The notes under the pieces were generated by a model. It had not been told where the DNA came from. It did no database searches and saw only the letters and a list, made by a program, of their open reading frames with translations. Of a DNA stretch of 64,000 bases, positions 60,826 through 64,000 are shown one piece after another. The DNA is from the human T2T-CHM13v2.0 reference genome, Homo sapiens. Location of the stretch: NCBI RefSeq assembly GCF_009914755.1, contig NC_060933.1, one strand, 5' to 3'. Numbering within the stretch: position 1 is the first letter of the stretch; each line of letters begins with the position of its first letter. The position numbers and the translations under genes were made by a program.

Positions 60826-62844
60826 CTATGTATACTTCTTCACATCAATTTAGGCAGGCTTTATTTGTTAACTTTTGTTGGTAGCCAACATGCATTTAAA
60901 CTACTTATTATTGTCCTAATCTAAGAAAAACTGAGAAATGGATGAAGTTGGTCCTAGGGTATCCCAAAGCACAGAGTGTTTTATTCTGTCCTTGGGACAG
61001 AGGTTTGATTCAAAATGTTTTTTCGGAAACTAGCCTTGAACACCTAATTTTATTAATATTCTTTTTACACTCCATCCCTCCTGGAAAAGGACTGGACCCC
61101 AATTCCCACCATTGCTTTTTTGGGACCCATTATCTTCCTTAGCTTCCTATGCATCTACAGGGTAGTCTGGGCTTCACTTCCTCAGTGTCCCTGTATGAAA
61201 TTAGGTGGATATAGATTAGTCTGATGTAGGAATATCACACTGTACTAAGGTTTAGTTTGTATGTTATTCTCTCAAGTAACTGATCTTTCAATCCAACTAA
61301 ACACTTCCTATGTGCTTTAAGGTGGTGGGAATTACAAGCATAGCAAGTTATGATTGGTCACGGATTTCTTTCCTCTTTAAATGGTGACCTACTGCCCATT
61401 GTACCTACTCAAAGCAACTTTCTTTAGGAAAAAAGACCACAGTCTACTTTCCTAAGCATAAACTCAGTTCTCATTCCACCTCTACCACCTGCAAGATTTG
61501 TTAGGCTTAAGCAGTCCCTTAACTTCTTTGAGTGTTTGTTGCCTTGCCTACTTCATTGGAAGTAAGGCTCTGGAACAGGGAAGGTTTGCCTCCATAAGAC
61601 TAAAAGTTATGCTAATATAAGAGACTAGCAAAATGGGAGACATATTCAGCTCTCTTCTTGTGGGGAATACCTTGCCCTTGACCAAAAGCCTTGTCCCAGA
61701 AAGAGCCGTGTGGGTGTTGGCTTTGTGCCCAACATGTGGCTCCTCTGCCATGATTGATGGCTTCATTTAAGAAACAGGTTTTAGGATTTTTTCCCCTAAA
61801 ATCTTATTCCTGTTAATTATCATGGATCAACTTTACCTTAGCTCGTTTAATACACAGTCACCTGGTATAAAAGCATGTGAAAACCCCCAGGGATCGTAAC
61901 CACATTTATGCATTGAGAAAAGAGAGTGAGGCCAAGATTTTGAGATGTGTTCAAATGCAAGAAGCTTTTAAAATGCAAAGTATTCTAAAACTGTTGAAAG
62001 TTGAAGCTAACTGTTGTTCCCTTGTTGAAGGTAAAAAGTAAAGCATTTTTAGGAAAGCACTTTTCCTTATGTGTCTAATATTTGGGAACTGCATAGGAGA
62101 ACAGTTTAATAGGAACCCTGATATTGACAGTAAGATATATTCTTAATGTAGTAACCAGACCCAGGGCAGAATTTGCAAACCCATGGTAGGCATACAGGTG
62201 GCTGAAGAAGAATCAGGACAGCAAGATCTCACTGAGATGCAATTCCATTCCTCCATTTGATACAGATTAAGATTTCTGAAAAAGACCATCCTCCTAAACC
62301 CTCATGGACTCTGCAGATAATATGAGGCCAGAAAATGAATAATTCCCAACTCTTGCTATCTCGTTACTGGCCAGTGTGTCTGGCTTCGCTGAGTGTGTGC
62401 CTTCTGAAGCGTACCCTATAATTATTCAGCAGGTATAGTCCAGTTCGTCCTACTTACTTTAGCAAGATTACCTTTCTTTTATTTTTCCTGTGAAAATCCT
62501 TCTCTTCCTTCTTTCCTCCTTTGTCTTTCCTCTTTGTTAACTTTTTAAATCTAAAGTGCCTTGAAAAACTTGTTTACATAGTAGTAAGAAGGAAAATGTT
62601 GACTTGTGCTATCCTGGGAACCTTGACCTTCCTGCATTATGGATAAATCATTTCCCTGCAGGTGGAAGTGGAAAATTGCAGATAGAACCACATTGACTCA
62701 CATTCTCCTTCTACTTCCATTTGAGTGAGCACCAAGTATGCATCACGACTTGAGATTATAAAGTTGGCTTAATGATGAGACAGGTTTCTCAGTCGGGTTT
62801 TCCATTGGCTCGAAGTTCACAAGGCAGTTGTTGCTTGTCTCAGA

Positions 62845-63017
62845 GTGTCCTTAGGTGGACTACATCTGAACCCTTGGCGTTATTATAATGCAGATTCTAG
62901 CTGTGCTCAAACCAATGAATCAGAATCTCAGGAGGGTGGCGCTCAGAAATCTGCATGGTTGATCAGTTCTTTAGCAGATTCTTATTTTTGTACGCTAAAG
63001 TTTGAGGGTCACCACTG
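62845..63017. mobile_element. MER5A-like fossil
   Basis: aatgcagattc...tgaatcagaatctc...aaatctgcat...aaagtttgag..accactg. Confidence 0.65.
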
Positions 63018-63381
63018 GAGAGATTCCAGAACAGGGCCTGCAAGGGAATTGTTCAAAGTTTGCTCAAGTTAACTTTGTTGTTACAGCATTAGCTTGAATA
63101 TCAGGAGGTTTTGTATTTAAGTTCTCTAAAAAAAGAAAAAGAAAAAAAGAGAACAGTCTCAATATATAAAAGGAAAGGTTTTCATATATGTGCCCAATTA
63201 TAAGTATCTTGAGTATTCTAGGAGTCTAAACAGAATGCCTTTAGATCATCCTTATAACGATCCTGAGACTCTTTTGACTGTTTTGAGTTGAAGACAGGTA
63301 ATAAGAAAGAAATCACCAATTAATGCAGAAGGAAATAAATTTCTGTATATAATAATATTCACATTTGCCATGTCTCTTTTA

Positions 63382-63744
<363 letters not shown>

Positions 63745-64000
63745 CTAGTCTCTTATCATTTCTTCATATGAAGAATAATTTATACTCATTGATGTAAATT
63801 TTGCTATATTTTATACAACAAACATAGTATTATTTTAATATTGCACATAGAGAAAAATACCTCTTCCCCTCAAAATTAGAAGGGTTGGTATTTTTATTCA
63901 GGCTTATTGATTTAAAATACCTGCTTGATCCGTAATTCAGGCCATACGATTTCACCAAAACAAATATCCTAATAGTTGTCATCTTGAATAACTGTTTAGT

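Overview
Human (or very close great-ape) genomic DNA from 9p24.3, at the 5' end of DOCK8. A CpG island at ~22.5-23.5 kb holds DOCK8 coding exon 1 on the + strand (ATG 23004, 53 coding nt, MATLPSAERRAFALKINR, donor AG|GTAAGA). That exon lies antisense inside the 295-aa C9orf66/DOCK8-AS1 ORF on the - strand. Everything to the right is DOCK8 intron 1 (I could not find exon 2); the left 21 kb is repeat-rich intergenic DNA. Repeats include ~22 Alu/FLAM copies, a full-length antisense L1PA3-like element with frameshifted ORF1/ORF2, MaLR/ERV LTRs, L2, MIR, old L1 and DNA-transposon fossils, plus a U2 snRNA 5'-fragment retrocopy. I see no new multi-gene system. Best leads: (1) an intact L1 ORF0 pointing in DOCK8 sense, whose second splice donor has the same phase as DOCK8 intron 1, so an in-frame ORF0-DOCK8 fusion is possible, although that donor is weakened; (2) an in-frame uORF in the DOCK8 5' leader; (3) a perfect ISRE made by a 6-bp duplication inside a MIR; (4) an 82-bp nested palindrome built from an Alu target-site motif; (5) a templated-insertion scar at 2.5 kb; (6) a dense haematopoietic TF-motif cluster at 62.7 kb. 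Repeat subfamily names and old-repeat boundaries are by eye and approximate.
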